From the NCBI RefSeq assembly GCF_964213995.1, contig NW_027592240.1, forward strand, positions 1-59,772: a DNA stretch of 59,772 nucleotides, written 5' to 3'. This DNA is from Mustelus asterias (lineage: Eukaryota). Of the stretch, positions 1 to 12,290 are shown piece after piece (position 1 is the stretch's first letter; every line of letters begins with the position of its first letter). The notes beneath the pieces are model-generated. The model was not told the origin of the DNA. It ran no database searches and saw only the letters and a list, made by a program, of their open reading frames with translations. A program made the translations under genes and the position numbers.

Positions 1-64
1 TTTGTCCACACACAGAACACGTGTACAGTTTCTCTCCACTGTGAATGGTGCTTTTTCCTTCCAT
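1..64 (-). CDS. 5' end of a tandem C2H2 zinc-finger gene (continues beyond window)
   Basis: Reverse strand reads ATG MEGKSTIHSGEKLYTCSVCGQ, paralogous to the start of ORF 42956; acceptor tcacag|g with exon starting at 171. Confidence 0.8.
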   Translation of the reverse strand, partial: MEGKSTIHSGEKLYTCSVCGQ

Positions 65-527
65 GTTGAAAGTCCTATGATATTCAGGTTATGACAAATT
101 GGACGATTCTCAGATTCTGGTGTGATGTTTGATTTGAGTTTTCCGCTTGTAAATCCTCCTCTTCTACAATCCTGTGATTTAAAACAAAAAAAAGGGAGTG
201 AGAGAGAGTTCACAAAAACATAAAGGCAGGTTGAGAAATTGAGCTGAATGAATGTGGTAATTTGTGGGGCCAGCAGGAGGAAAAAGTGATCATGAAAACT
301 GCTCAATTTTCACAAAAACCCAACTGGTTCACCAATGCCCTTCAGGGAAGGGAGGTGCCAACCAGTGTGGGTCTACACATGACGATTGGATCTATGGGAG
401 GAGAGAGAAAGATGTTGGAGAGGCAGGAGGTGAAGTATAGGGATTTTATTTACCCATCACTAACCAGAACCTTGACAGAATCTTCCAATCCCTCAAACTC
501 CACCCCCAAGAAGGATCAGAGGAGCTG

Positions 528-995
528 ATCTGTGGAGAGAGAACAGAGCCAACATTTCAAACTTTGGCTCCATCTCCACAGATGCTGTCTGACCTGTTGA
601 GATTTTCCAGCTCTTTGTTTTTGTTTCATAATTGGTCAATCTTGTTTCTAAAGTTGGCTCTGTGAGCAATGCCTACAATAAAATACCAGCAAAATATTGC
701 AGCTGCTGGATATCTGAAATAAACACAAAAAATGCTGGAAATACTCAGCAGGTCAGACAGTGGGTAAGATTCCCCGGCCTCCCAGCAGTGTGTTTCCCGC
801 GGACGGGAAAAGACGCGATGTTTGCTAGCAGCAGGATTCTCTGGTCCCACTGCTGTCGATGGGAATTCCCATGAACATCACCCCATGCCAGTGGGATACC
901 CATGGGCGGGGGGTGTGCTGCAGCAGGTATGCAGAATCCCACGGCATGAATGGCCAGAAAATTCTGGTCAGAATCTGTGGAGAGAGAAACAGAGG
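528..995. mobile_element. Penelope-like terminal-repeat fragments interrupted by a MITE-like insert (~763-968)
   Basis: aatgctggaaatactcagcaggtc...tctgtggagagagaaacagag motif recurs at 13000, 15195, 34230 and 47265; the insert has an imperfect internal inverted repeat. Confidence 0.5.
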
Positions 996-1043
996 AAAGG
1001 TGGTAGAGGCAGGAAATCTCACAAGTAAAAAGTATGTCATTGA

Positions 1044-1633
1044 GTCATAGAGGTTTACAGCATGGAAACAGGAACCTAACTCATCCATGCCGCCCTTTTT
1101 TTAAACCACTAAGCTAGTCCCAATTACCCACGTTTGGTCCATATCCCTCTACAGCCATCTTATCCACGTAACTGTCTAAACGCTTTTTAACAGACAAAAT
1201 TGTACCTGTCTCTACTACTACCTCTGGCAGCTTGTTCCAGACACTCACCACCCTCTGAGTGAAACAAATTGTCCCTCTGGACACTTTTGTATCTCTCCCC
1301 TCTCACCTTAAACCTATGCCCTCTAGTTTTACCTTTGGGAAAAGATGTTGACTATCTAGCTGATCTATGCCCCTCATTATTTTATAGACCTCTATAAGGT
1401 CACCTCTCAGCCTCCGACACTCCAGAGAAAAAAATCCCAGTCTATCCAGCTCTCCTGATAACTCAAACCATCAAGTCCCATTGGAATCCTAGTAAATCTT
1501 TTCTGCACTCTTTTTTGTTTAATGATATCCTTTCTATAATAGGGTGACCAGAACTGTACACAGTATTCCAAGTGTGGCCTTACCAATGTCTTGTACAAAT
1601 TCAACAAGACGTCCCAACTCCTGTATTCAATGT
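1044..1633 (-). mobile_element. CR1/HER1-type LINE 3' fragment
   Basis: [34 protein letters not shown] is the CR1 ORF2 C-terminus; near-identical to 50580-51436. Confidence 0.9.
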
Positions 1634-1784
1634 AGACGGCTTTTGAAACACCACAGCACACGAGGCCATGGATCAAGTGCTGGAAAATGCGAGCTAGCTG
1701 TTTGCTGGCTGGCACAGACAGGATCATTCTTTCTGAGCTGTCAGACTCTGAGCAACATTCTCTCCTCCTGCTGACAGGGCTGTC

Positions 1785-2140
1785 CACGCATGCGCACCGC
1801 TGCACACTGCCCCCTCTCAAGATGGCGGCTGTTTAACCAGGGTCTGTAACGGCTGGAAGCAGTGTGATTCCGGACAACCGCGGGGCTGGCCTCGAGCTTC
1901 TTATTCGGGGTTTAATGCTTTCACTTGGTATTTATAAAGCTTTTCCGATCACCCCCCTGCGCCCTACGATCGCTCGGACACGCCGCTACCTTATCCGTTG
2001 CAGAGACAAGAAAGAAGCAACTTCCTTTCCCGAGCACTCCCAATGCGCATGCTCCAGACAAGGGGCAGTACTGCGCCTGCGCAGTGCTCTCGTGTTGATA
2101 GGAGACATTCACCGCCGCTAGCGATGCTGGGTAAACACCC
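1785..2140 (-). promoter_or_regulatory. CpG-island promoter / exon 1 of the leftward zinc-finger gene
   Basis: CpG rich; YY1 site CAAGATGGCGGC at ~1818; NRF1-like GCGCATGC and TGCGCCTGCGCA at 2044-2084. Confidence 0.6.
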
Positions 2141-2164
2141 CGCCATTGAACAGAACAAATAGTT

Positions 2165-3490
2165 TTTTGATTTGATTTATTATTCCCACATGTATTAGTA
2201 TCCAGTGAAAAGTATTCTTTCTTGCGCTATATAGACAAAGCATATCATACATAGAGAAGGAAAGGAGAGGATGCAGAATGTAGTGTTACAGTCATAGCTA
2301 GGATGCAGAGAAGGATCAACTTAAGACAAGGTAGGTCTATTCAAAAGTCTGATGGCAGCAGGGAAGAAGCTGTTCTTGAGTCGGTTGGTATGTGACTGCA
2401 GACTTTTGTATCTTTTTCCTGACGGAAGAAGGTGGAAGAGAAGAGAATGTCCGGAGTGCGTGGGGCTATTAATTATGCTGGCTGCTTTGCCAGAAGTGTA
2501 GACAGAGTCAATGGATGGGAGACTGGTTTGCGTGATGGATTGAGCTTAATTCACGATCTTTGGTAGTTTCTTGTGGTCTTGGGCAGAGCAGGAGCCATGC
2601 CAAGCTGTAATGCAACCAGAAAGAATGACTTCTATGATGCATCTGTAAAAGTTGATGAGAGTCATAGCTGACATGCCAAATTTCCTTAGTCTTCTGAGAA
2701 AGTAGAGGAGTTGGTGGGCTTTCTTCACTATAGTGTTGGACCAGGACAGGTTGGTGATCCGGACACCTAAAAACTTGAAGATCTCGACCCTTTCTACGTC
2801 GTCCCTGTTGCTTAGACAGGGGCATATTCTCCTCTACACTTTCTGAAGTCAATGACAATCTTCTTCATTTTGTTGACATTGAGGGAGAGATTATTGTTGC
2901 CGCACCAGTTCACCAGATTCTCTATCTCATTCCGGTATTCTGTCTCATCATTGTTTGAGATCCGACCCACCATCCGGTGGTGTCGTCAGCAAACTTGAAA
3001 ATCGAGTTGGAGGGAAATTTGACCACACAGTCACAGATGTATCAGAAGTGTAATAGGGGGCTGAGAACACAGCCTTGTGGGGCACCGGTGTTGAGGATGA
3101 TCTTGGAGGAGGTGTTGTTGCCTATCATTACTAATTGTGGTCTATGGGTTGGGAAGTTCAGGATCCAATCGCAGAGGGAGGAGCCGAGGCCCAGGCCACA
3201 GAGTTTGGAGATGAGTTTTGTTGGAATAATGTTGTTGAAGGCTGAGCTGTCAATAAATAGGAGTCTGACATCGGTGTGTTTGTTATCTAGGTGTTCCAGG
3301 GTTAAGTGCATGGCCAGGGAGATGACGTCTGCTGTGGACCTGCTGCGGTGCGAGGCAAACTGTAGTGGATCCAGGCAGTCTGGGAGGCTGGAATTGATTC
3401 GTGCCATGACTAACCTTTCAAAGTATTTCATAATGATGGATATCAGAACCACTGGATGATAGTCATTAAGGCACACTGCTTGGCTTTTCT
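2165..3490 (-). mobile_element. Rex1/Babar non-LTR retrotransposon, 5'-truncated and degenerate
   Basis: RT peptide CLNDYHPV...LDPLQF...[10 protein letters not shown]...[14 protein letters not shown]; 3' tail (tttga)n shared with other copies. Confidence 0.85.
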
Positions 3491-3769
3491 TTGGCTTTAC
3501 TGTGGTTCATTAGCAAACTTGAAAATCGAGTTGGAGAGATTTCTCTTTGATTATAATGTGAAAAACGGGGCTGAAGGACCATTAATAAAATTAGGGAACA
3601 TAGAAATTAAAATGCAAGGTCCATTATCCAAGTTCAAAGAAGGGGGCTTGGAACTGTCAGAAATCGAGAATCACCAAAACGGTGGAAATAATTCTAAACA
3701 TCCATGATAGTCACAAATGAACTCACTAATATTTCGGCAGGTATGATTAACAAGTGAATCTCTACCTAT

Positions 3770-4070
3770 ACATGGGACAGTGGTTAGCACTGCTGCCTGA
3801 CAGCACCAGGGGCCCAGGTTCAATTCCTGGCTTGGGTCACTGTCTGTGTGGAGTTTGCATGTTCTCCCTGTGTCTGCGTGGGTTTCCTCTGGGTGCTCTG
3901 GTTTCCTCCCACAGTCCAAAAGACGTGCTGATTAGGTGCATTGGCCATTCTAAATTCTCCCTCAGTGCACCTGAACAGGCGCTGGAGTGTGGCGACTAGG
4001 GGATTTTCACAGTAACTACATTGCAGTGTTGATGTTAGCCTACTTGTGACACTAATAAACAAACTTTAAA
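3770..4070 (+). mobile_element. tRNA-derived V-SINE with a non-HER1 3' tail
   Basis: HE1-like head and core (cagtggttagcactgctgcc...ggtttcctcccacagtcc) followed by tail gcctacttgtgacactaataaa; same tail at 52260-52495 and ~24040-24100 (reverse). Confidence 0.8.
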
Positions 4071-4989
4071 CTTGAAACATTTAAACAGCGTCTCTCCCGT
4101 AAGAATATGCTGTCCATGCATGAAAGCCTTAATCTGGAGTGTGAACAGTTGGGAAAATAACAAAACGAGCTCACTAACGTGAAATATGTGAGTGGTCTCT
4201 CTCCAACAGCTGTTCTGTCAGTAAATGGGATGATCGAGTGCTTCTCTTCCCACATTCAGCTGCTGAGTGGTCAATCTGCTGTGTGACTGTATCGTCTGTT
4301 CTGAGCTCAGACAGGGAATTCAGTCTTTTTCCACAGGATATTACTTGCATTTTTATAGCACCTGAACAATAATCAAAACGTTTCAAAGGAGTGTTAATTG
4401 TCCCTATCTTAAAATAGCTGATTGCTGACATTTTGATAGTTGTGTCTCCAATTTAATCCCAAAACATTGCTGTTATTCCCATATAATCAACACAGAAATG
4501 CACAGATTTTACCAACATAAATCAATGGCACTGAAAAATGGTGTAAAACATTCCGTAACAGTGTTGATTGTGAAACTGCAGACCCTTTGGCACCCTCAGC
4601 TAGGAAAACACAATAAATGCACTTTGTTTGTATATTCCATGTTTATTACATCGCACATGTATTTTAATCATTTTTTTTAGCTAATTGTCTCCAAGACACA
4701 TTTATTCCAGTACTATTAATGATCGATATTTCATGTCACCCAGTTTTTTATCACTCCAGCAGTCAACCAACCTCAGTCTTGTGTTCATGTGTCCTTTCTC
4801 ACTGCTGTTTCTCTCACTGCTGTTTCCCCTATTGCTTTCTTCCCTAGACTATTTCTAAATCAATTTCCCATTGGCTTTATGTAGCACCATCCTGATCATA
4901 CAGACAATGTTCCCAGAGTTGTTAAGGATGTAAGATGTTCCAAGCAGTATGATATATACGTTCTATCTGCGATGTGTCTGCCAGGTTTG

Positions 4990-5170
4990 CCAATCTCTCT
5001 GACCTCCTGAAGTTTGTTACTGTTCTCCTCACTGTTTCCTATATCTCCATTTTCCCCAGTCTCTGTCCTCCTGAAGTTTGTTATTAACCTCTCCATCTAT
5101 ATTTCCATTTCTTCCAATCTCTCTGTGTTCTCCTGAAGTTTTATTATCCTCCTCACTATTTCCCGTATAT
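4990..5170. repeat. Degenerate ~60-70 bp tandem repeat, about 3 copies
   Basis: ctctg...ctcctgaagttt recurs at ~4995, ~5060 and ~5120. Confidence 0.5.
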
Positions 5171-5349
5171 CTGAGTTTTGAATCCTGTGAAAAAATTGAA
5201 GTTCTGTCCTGTGTTCCAAGTCCAGGTATGAATATGTATCAATGAGAGCAATGGTGCCAACACTGAGCCCTGGGGGTCACACTGCTGAAAGCTTCCCTCC
5301 ACTCTGAAAAACAAACTTCTCCTTTCTGGCCCTGAATGTATTTCATATC

Positions 5350-5411
5350 CTTGGAGGCCTATGACTCGTGGCGTGCCTCAGGGGTCGGTGTTGGGAGCCT
5401 TGTTATTCACC
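5350..5411 (+). mobile_element. CR1 RT fragment, left half
   Basis: Translates WRPMTRGVPQGSVLGALLF; continues at 7660. Confidence 0.75.
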
Positions 5412-5555
5412 CAATACAGCAAGAAGCTACAAAAGGTTGTGAATGTAGCCCAATCCATCACGCAAACCAGCCTCCCATCCATGCCTACACTTCCCGCTGC
5501 CTTGGCAAAGCAGCAGCATAATTAAAGACCCCACGCACCACGGGCATACCCTCTT
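5412..5555 (+). mobile_element. Rex1 3' fragment, left part of an interrupted copy
   Basis: Reverse complement of 5840-5975; resumes at ~7385. Confidence 0.8.
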
Positions 5556-7380
5556 TGATTTGATTTGATCTTTTTTTGTCGCATGTATTAACATACAGTG
5601 AAAAGTATTGTTTCTTGCACGCTATACAGCCAAAGCATGCCGTTCATAGAGAAGGAAAGGAGAGAGTGCAGAATGTAGTGTTACGGTCATAGCTAGGGTG
5701 TAGAGAAAGATCAACTTAATGCAAGGTAAGTCCATTCAAAAGCCTGACAGCAGTGGGGAAGAAGCTGTTCTTGAGTCGGTTGGTACGTGACCTCAGACTT
5801 TTGTATCTTTTTCCCAAAGGAAGAAGGTGGAAGAGAGAATGTCTGCGATGCGTGGGGTCCTTAATTATGCTGGCTGCTTTGCCGAGGCAGCAGGAAGTGC
5901 AGACAGAGTCAATGGATGGGAGGCTGGTTTGCGTGATGGATTGGGCTACATTCACGACCTTTTGTAGTTCCTTGCGGTGTTGGGCAGAGCAGGAGCCATA
6001 CCAAGCTGTGATACAGCAGAAAGAATGCTTTCTATGGTGCATCTGTTAAAGTTGGTGAGAGTCGTAGCTGACATGCCAAATTTCCTTAGTCTTCTGAGAA
6101 AGTAGAGGCGCTGGTGGGCTTTCTTAACTATAGTGTCGGCATGGGGGGACCAGGACAGATTGTTGGTGATCTGGACACCTAAAAACTTGAAGTTCTCGAC
6201 CCTTTCTACTTCATCCCCATTGATGTAGAAAGGAGCATGTTTTCATTTACGCTTCCTGAAGTTGATGACAATCTCCTTTGTTTTGTTGAAATTGAGGGAG
6301 AGATTTTTGTTGCCGCACCAGTTCACCAGATTCTCTATCTCATTCCTGTACTCTGTCTTGTCATTGTTTGAGATCTATCCCACTACGGTGGTGTCATCAT
6401 CAAACTTGAAAATTGAATTGGAGGGGAATTTTTCCGCACAGTCATAGGTGTATCAGGAGTATAGTAGGGGGCTGAGAACACAATCTTGTGGGGCACCAGT
6501 GTTGAGGATGATCGTGGAGTAGGTGCTGTTGCCTATCCTTACTGATTGTGGTCTATGAGTTAGGAAGTTCAGGATCCAGTCGGAGAAGGAGGTGCCGAGG
6601 CCCAGGCCATGGAGTTTGGAGAGGAGTTTCTTGGGAATAATAGTGTTGAAGGCTGAGCTGTAGTCAATAAATAGGAGTCTGACATAGATGTCCTTGTTAT
6701 CTCTGTGTTCCAGGGTTGAGTGCAGGGCCAGGGAAATGGCATCTGCTGTGGACCTGTTGCAGTGGTAGGCAAACTGTAGTGGATCCAGGTAGTCTGGGAG
6801 GCTGGAATTGATTTGTGCCATGACTAACCTTTCGAAGCACTTCATAATGATGAATGTCAGAGCCACCGGCCGATAGTCATTAAGGCACGCTGCTTGATTT
6901 TTCTTAAGTGCCGGGATTATGGTCATCTTCTTGAAGCAGATGGGGACCTCAGATTCTTGTAAAGAGAGGTTGAAGATGTCTGTGAATACCTCTGCCAGCT
7001 AATCCATGCATGATCTGAGTGCATTTCCGGGTACCCCACCTGGGTCAGTTGCTTTCCGTGGGTTGACCTTCAAGAAAGCTGCTCTGACATCTGAAGTGGT
7101 GACCCCAGATACAGGTTCATCCAGGGCTTCCAGGGTGGAGGGCATGCTCTTGCTGACCACTTTCTCAAAACGGACGTAGAATGCATTGATCTCATCAGGG
7201 AGCGGTGCGTTGGAGCCGGCAATTTTACATGCCTTCATCTTGTAGACTGTTATGTCTTGCAGACCTTGCCATAATTGGGGTCGGTGTGGCTAGCCTGGGA
7301 CTCTAGCTTGGTCTGGTATTGTCTTTTCGCATCTTTGATGGATCTCCTTCGATCGTATCTGGCTTTCTTGTGTAGGTCAG
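5556..7380 (-). mobile_element. Rex1/Babar retrotransposon nested in an opposite-orientation Rex1 copy
   Basis: ORFs 5716-6042, 6453-6926 (NDYRPVALT...[12 protein letters not shown]...[13 protein letters not shown]) and 6999-7238. Confidence 0.9.
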
Positions 7381-7658
7381 TGTCCACCTTCCACCTTCTT
7401 CCGTCGGGAAAAAGATATAAAATCTTGAAGTCACATACCAACCGACTCAAGAACAGCTTCTTCTCTGCTGCCATCAGACTTTTGAATGGACTTACCTCGC
7501 ACTAAATTGATCTTTCTCTACACCCTAGCTATGACTGTAACACTACATTCTGCACTCTCTCCTTTCCTTCTCCATGAATGTTATGCTTTGTCTGTATAGC
7601 GCGCAAGAAACAATACTTTTCACTGTATATATTTGACAATAAATCCAATCAAATCAAA
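7381..7658 (+). mobile_element. Rex1 3' end, right part of the interrupted copy
   Basis: FHLLPSGKRY...NRLKNSFFSAAIRLLN plus aatcaaatcaaa tail. Confidence 0.85.
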
Positions 7659-7659
7659 A

Positions 7660-7742
7660 CAAATTTGGATGTGAATGTACAATGCATGGTTAGTAAGTTT
7701 GTGGATGATACTAAGTTAGGAGTATTATTGATAGCGAAGATG
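7660..7742 (+). mobile_element. CR1 RT fragment, right half
   Basis: NLDVNVQCMVSKFVDDTKLG (FADDTK motif). Confidence 0.75.
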
Positions 7743-8734
7743 TACAATGTCAATGGCACCTGCTCGGTATTGTGCAATACATCTAATCCTATCAGATTAG
7801 AGCAGCAAGGATTAGGGCCAAGGGAATATTGGACTGCAGAGTTACAATAACATTAGATTTTGTTTCTCCTTGTAACCTGTCTTAGAATTTCCTTCAATAA
7901 CTAGATGATCACTATTTCCTTCAACAACTAGATGATCAATATGAGAGGATGAGCATTTCTGTAATTACAAAAGGAAAATTAGTGGCTGCAATTATCCTGA
8001 GATATTCTGCATTGTCTACTATCTCCAAATGGGCCTGATAACATAGGGTGGGAACGGAATGGTCAATGTTAGTGTTTGTTGTTGTTTCTGTAAGATTCTG
8101 TTTCAGAGAAGAAGGTAGAATATTGGATGGTCAAGACTACTCGTTGTCCTTGGAGGGTCATTTTTCCCGAAATTTCTTGAACTTTGTGGCTTTATCCCGA
8201 ATATTAGACAGATGGGTGAGCGTTGTCCGCCCCAAAGGACAGTAAGTGTACCGTGTGTATATTTGTGTATGAGTAAGTGTATCCATGAGTGTATGTGTGT
8301 ATCATGGAGTATATCTGCGTATATCCTGTGTGCATGTACCTGTTGATATACGTGAGTTTCTGTGCGTTGAGAAGATGTCCGTTTGTGTGTGACTGCGGGA
8401 GAGAGTGTGTGGGCCTCTGTGTTTAGCTGTGTGCTGCTTTTCATTAACTGTACTACAAGCCTTCCTCTCCAGACAAACAATGTGGTTCCTGAGAATTCCA
8501 TGGAGTGATTTGAATGATGCAATTCGGAGATTCTCCATCCAGGGTGAAACCACAGGCTGCCCGTGTGCTGTGTAAAACTTGACATTGCAGAGGTCCTATT
8601 TCTCCCAGAATAACCTGGTGTCTGCTGCTTTTCAGATCCCTTCCTTTCCGCTCATCTGTTTGAAGCCACAAACACAAAGGTCCAGTTTTCTCCTGGACTT
8701 TGACACAAAGCAGCTTTCACAATGATGCAGAGTT

Positions 8735-9140
8735 TCAGCCAATGAGGGAGATCCGGGTTCAGCCCCGCCTCCCATTCACTCTGATTGGTTGGAGGACCAG
8801 CCACTCCCGCTCGGTCCTCAAGTCCCGCCCCCTCTTCCTATTGGTCCGGAGCAGCCGTCTATCAGTCCCCGGGCATTGTGATGTGGAGCATGCGCAGTGT
8901 CATTGCTGTCCTTGGCGCTTGTTTGTCCCGGAGAAGCGGAGTCAGCGTTAGGCGGTGGCTGGGAGGATTTGGAAACACTTTGTGGATCCGCAAACCCTTC
9001 AGAATCATTGTCAGCTCCCTGGTTTGCAGCTGCGGGGCTTCTCCCTCCCTCCCTCCCGGGAACAGGCCCAGGTTAACGGCCCCATCCTGGCTCAGCCACT
9101 GGAGGATGGTTCACATCAGAGGATGGGGGAGGGGGACAAC
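8735..9140 (+). promoter_or_regulatory. Zinc-finger gene promoter module (CCAAT boxes, GC boxes, NRF1-like site)
   Basis: agccaat, ccccgcctccc, gattgg, cccgcccc, ctattgg, gagcatgcgcagt; strongly similar to 22515-22660. Confidence 0.7.
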
Positions 9141-9894
9141 AAATAAGAGGTTACACTTTGGCCTCAAATCAATGAGGACTCTGATCTCTGGGAAGGAAGG
9201 AAACCCTGGGAGGTGGGCGGGGAGGATTCACAAACACCCGCTGGAGGCCCCAACACCCCCAATAAGACCCATTGGTTTTATTGTCAGTCTGCAGACAGGA
9301 GCTGGAGAACTGAACCCAGACAGAGGAGAGCGAGGGAGAAAACTGGGAGTGGAGGAAATAAATGGTGAGATGGGTTTGGATTTCAGCCCAGGGAGGAGGG
9401 AGAGTGTGTGGGACAGGGATTTACAGATTTTGGGGAACAAGAGAGGAAAAAATGTCCCAGAGAAACTAGAATTGTCTGTTCAGGATTTCTATCCTGGACT
9501 GACGCTGATGGCTTTTCCAAATTTTTTTTTACAGGATATTGTAATTGGAGGATTGGCAGACAGAAAACTCAAACCAAACATCATGACTGGCAAAGTCATT
9601 TTGTTCATTAGGAGCTGAATATTATTGGTCTTTGAATGTGGGAGGAGAAATGTTTGACTCTTCTGTCTGTCGGCAAAGATTTTAAACATCAGTGTGACCG
9701 GAAAAGCATTGAAACAAACACACACCCGATTGAGAGTGTTCCAGTGAACTGACTGTGGAAAGAGCTTTAACCAGTTACACAGCCTGAAAAAACATCACAC
9801 AGTTCACAGCAGGGTGAATCTACATGTATGTTGTGTGTGTGGACGAGGTTTCAACTGATCATCCAACCTGGAGAAACACAAGGACACCAGCACC

Positions 9895-10857
9895 ATGGAA
9901 AAACCGTGGAAATGTGTGGAGTGCGGGAAAGGATTTGGTTTCCCATCACAACTGGAAGTTCATCGGCGCAGTCACACTGGGGAGAGACCGTTCACCTGCT
10001 CCGTTTGTGGGAAGGGATTCACCCATTCATACAACCTTCTGACTCACCAACGGGTTCACACTGGGGAGAGGCTGTTCACCTGCCCTGTGTGTGGGAAGGG
10101 GTTCACTCGCTCATCCCACATTGTGACACACCAACTTGTTCACACTGATGAGAGACTGTTTCCATGTTCTGACTGTGGGAAGAGTTTTAAATGCAAAAAA
10201 GATCTGCTGACACACCAATGCATTCACACTGAGGAGAGACTGTTCACCTGCTCTGTGTATGGGAAAGGATTCATTCAGTCATCCCACCTGCAGACACATC
10301 AACTTGTTCACTCTGACAACAAACTTTTTAATTGTTCTGACTGTGAGAAGGGCTTTAAAAACAAAAAAGATCTGCTGACGCACCAATATACTCACACTGG
10401 GGAGAGGCCATTCACCTGCTGTGTGTGTGGGAAGGGATTCAGCCGCCCATCTGCCCTATTGAACCACCAGAGAATTCACACTGGGGAGAGGCCCTTCACC
10501 TGCTCAGACTGTGGGAAGGGATTTATTAATTCATCCAACCTTCTGATACACCAGCAGCTCCATACAGGGGATCGACCGTTCACCTGCTCTGAATGTGGGA
10601 GGGGATTCACCCATTCATACAACCTTCTGACACACCAGCAGGTTCACAGTGAGGAGAGGCCATTCACTTGCTCCGTGTGTGGGAAGGGATTCACTCTTTC
10701 ACCCAACCTATTGAAACACCAGCGAGTTCACACTGGGGAGAGGCCGTTCACCTGTAATGTCTGGAAAGGGATTTATTCAGTCATCCCACCTGCTAACACA
10801 CCGGCGAGTTCACAAACGACTGCAAGGTTTGGATTCTCCACTTATCGATGCTGTTAA
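9895..10857 (+). CDS. Tandem C2H2 zinc-finger protein, ~10 fingers, frameshifted last finger
   Basis: caccATG MEKPWKC; HTGERPF linkers; finger 5 has a C to Y change; acceptor ttttacag at 9534. Confidence 0.9.
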   Translation: MEKPWKCVECGKGFGFPSQLEVHRRSHTGERPFTCSVCGKGFTHSYNLLTHQRVHTGERLFTCPVCGKGFTRSSHIVTHQLVHTDERLFPCSDCGKSFKCKKDLLTHQCIHTEERLFTCSVYGKGFIQSSHLQTHQLVHSDNKLFNCSDCEKGFKNKKDLLTHQYTHTGERPFTCCVCGKGFSRPSALLNHQRIHTGERPFTCSDCGKGFINSSNLLIHQQLHTGDRPFTCSECGRGFTHSYNLLTHQQVHSEERPFTCSVCGKGFTLSPNLLKHQRVHTGERPFTCNVWKGIYSVIPPANTPASSQTTARFGFSTYRCC

Positions 10858-11769
10858 TCATATCCAGGACTGAATCATGTTCTCTCTGACTTTTTTCTTC
10901 TGTTGAGGTTTGATATTCTGAATAAATGTGAAATAGACATTTGATTGAATCATTGTTGTAGATTTTTGTCTTTTCCATTTGAGTGTTTAACGTCACCAGG
11001 CTGGAGCTCAGAAAGGGCAATCTGAGGGAGGATCATACAGTAGGAACAGAACTTCATTCTTGACCCAGTCCTTCAGGGTCACGCTGAGAGGGTCACACAG
11101 CACTTTGGTCTTTTTCGTCACTTTTCACTGACAGCAAAGTCCCCGTGTGGGTGAATCCTGAGGAGTGTAAGAAATGTGTCCCAGTCATTCTTTTCCATGG
11201 TTCAGAGCTCCTAGACACGGAAAAGAAGCTCCTTTACAACTGCCTTTAGAGTCAGGAAGAACAATGGTGAATGCTGGAAACGTGCTGTCAAAGATTGGTG
11301 TAAAACTGGGATCTATTCCTGACTGAGAGTGAAACGGCAGGTTTAGGTTTCCAGACTCAAAATGAAAAAAAGTGTAAAACATTTTAATGTGTGTGTGTGT
11401 CAGTCCTGGTTTATTGAACAGAAACTGGCTTCAAATAAATTGGTTGAAGTCTGCATTAAAGTAGCAGCTGGAGACGTTCAAAGGACCCTGTTAACTGCTG
11501 GGACAATTAGACAACAATTTGATTCCCAGACAGAGAAGGAGCTGCAGTGTGTGTCCAAGAATTCTCAGTTTTGTTGATGTGTGCTTCCCATACACTATCC
11601 TTTTCAATAAACCTCACTCCTATCAGCCTTTAACCATAATAAACAGAACAGAGAGAAGCTGAGCAGCATCAGAGCCCTGACTGATCATTTAAGAATGAGT
11701 GATGTGTTCAGCTGAAGTTTCCTGTTGGTAGTTTTCTGGGTGATCTCCTTATTTTGATCATTCTCAGTG

Positions 11770-12290
11770 ATCCCTGGATGTGAACCTGCTCTCCTCTCTT
11801 TCAGACATTCACTTACTTAACATCTCTCATCTCTCTCACACTCACTGAATTGTCTCTCTCTCTCTCCAGGCATTCACTCACACTTACCTCACCTTCCACG
11901 TCTCTTACACTCTAACCTCGCTCCTCTCTCACATTCACTTAACCTCTCTCCTCTCAGAAACTGTCTTCATCACTTAATGTCTCTCTTTCTTTCTTTCAAA
12001 CACTCACTCATTTAACCTTCCTATTTCAGATAATGCTTAAACTTGTTCATTGTTTTCTCTCTCTCATTACCTCTCTCTGAAAAAGCACAAATACACTTCA
12101 TCTCTTCGCTGTCTGAGAAAACATCTAATTGATGGAGATTCAATCCTCTCTGTTCCTCTCTCCCACTGCCTCTGACAGGCCCTGACTCACTTTAAATCGC
12201 CTCTTTTCTAATAACCCTCTTTGGGAAAACTCATTTGTTCTCTAATTCCTCCTCATTTCTCCCAGTGATGACCCTCAGTCCATCTCCCAA
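11770..12290. repeat. CT-rich low-complexity tract
   Basis: Dense ctctct/cactca runs. Confidence 0.6.

Noticed and set aside
8785-9618. 277-aa ORF upstream of the zinc-finger gene as a possible effector domain
   Set aside because: Non-ATG start; runs through promoter and intron cassette; not in frame with the fingers; not preserved in paralogs
9856-9858. Selenocysteine decoding of the conserved TGA
   Set aside because: The position is a helix residue rather than a Cys ligand, upstream frames hold further stops, and no SECIS was recognised
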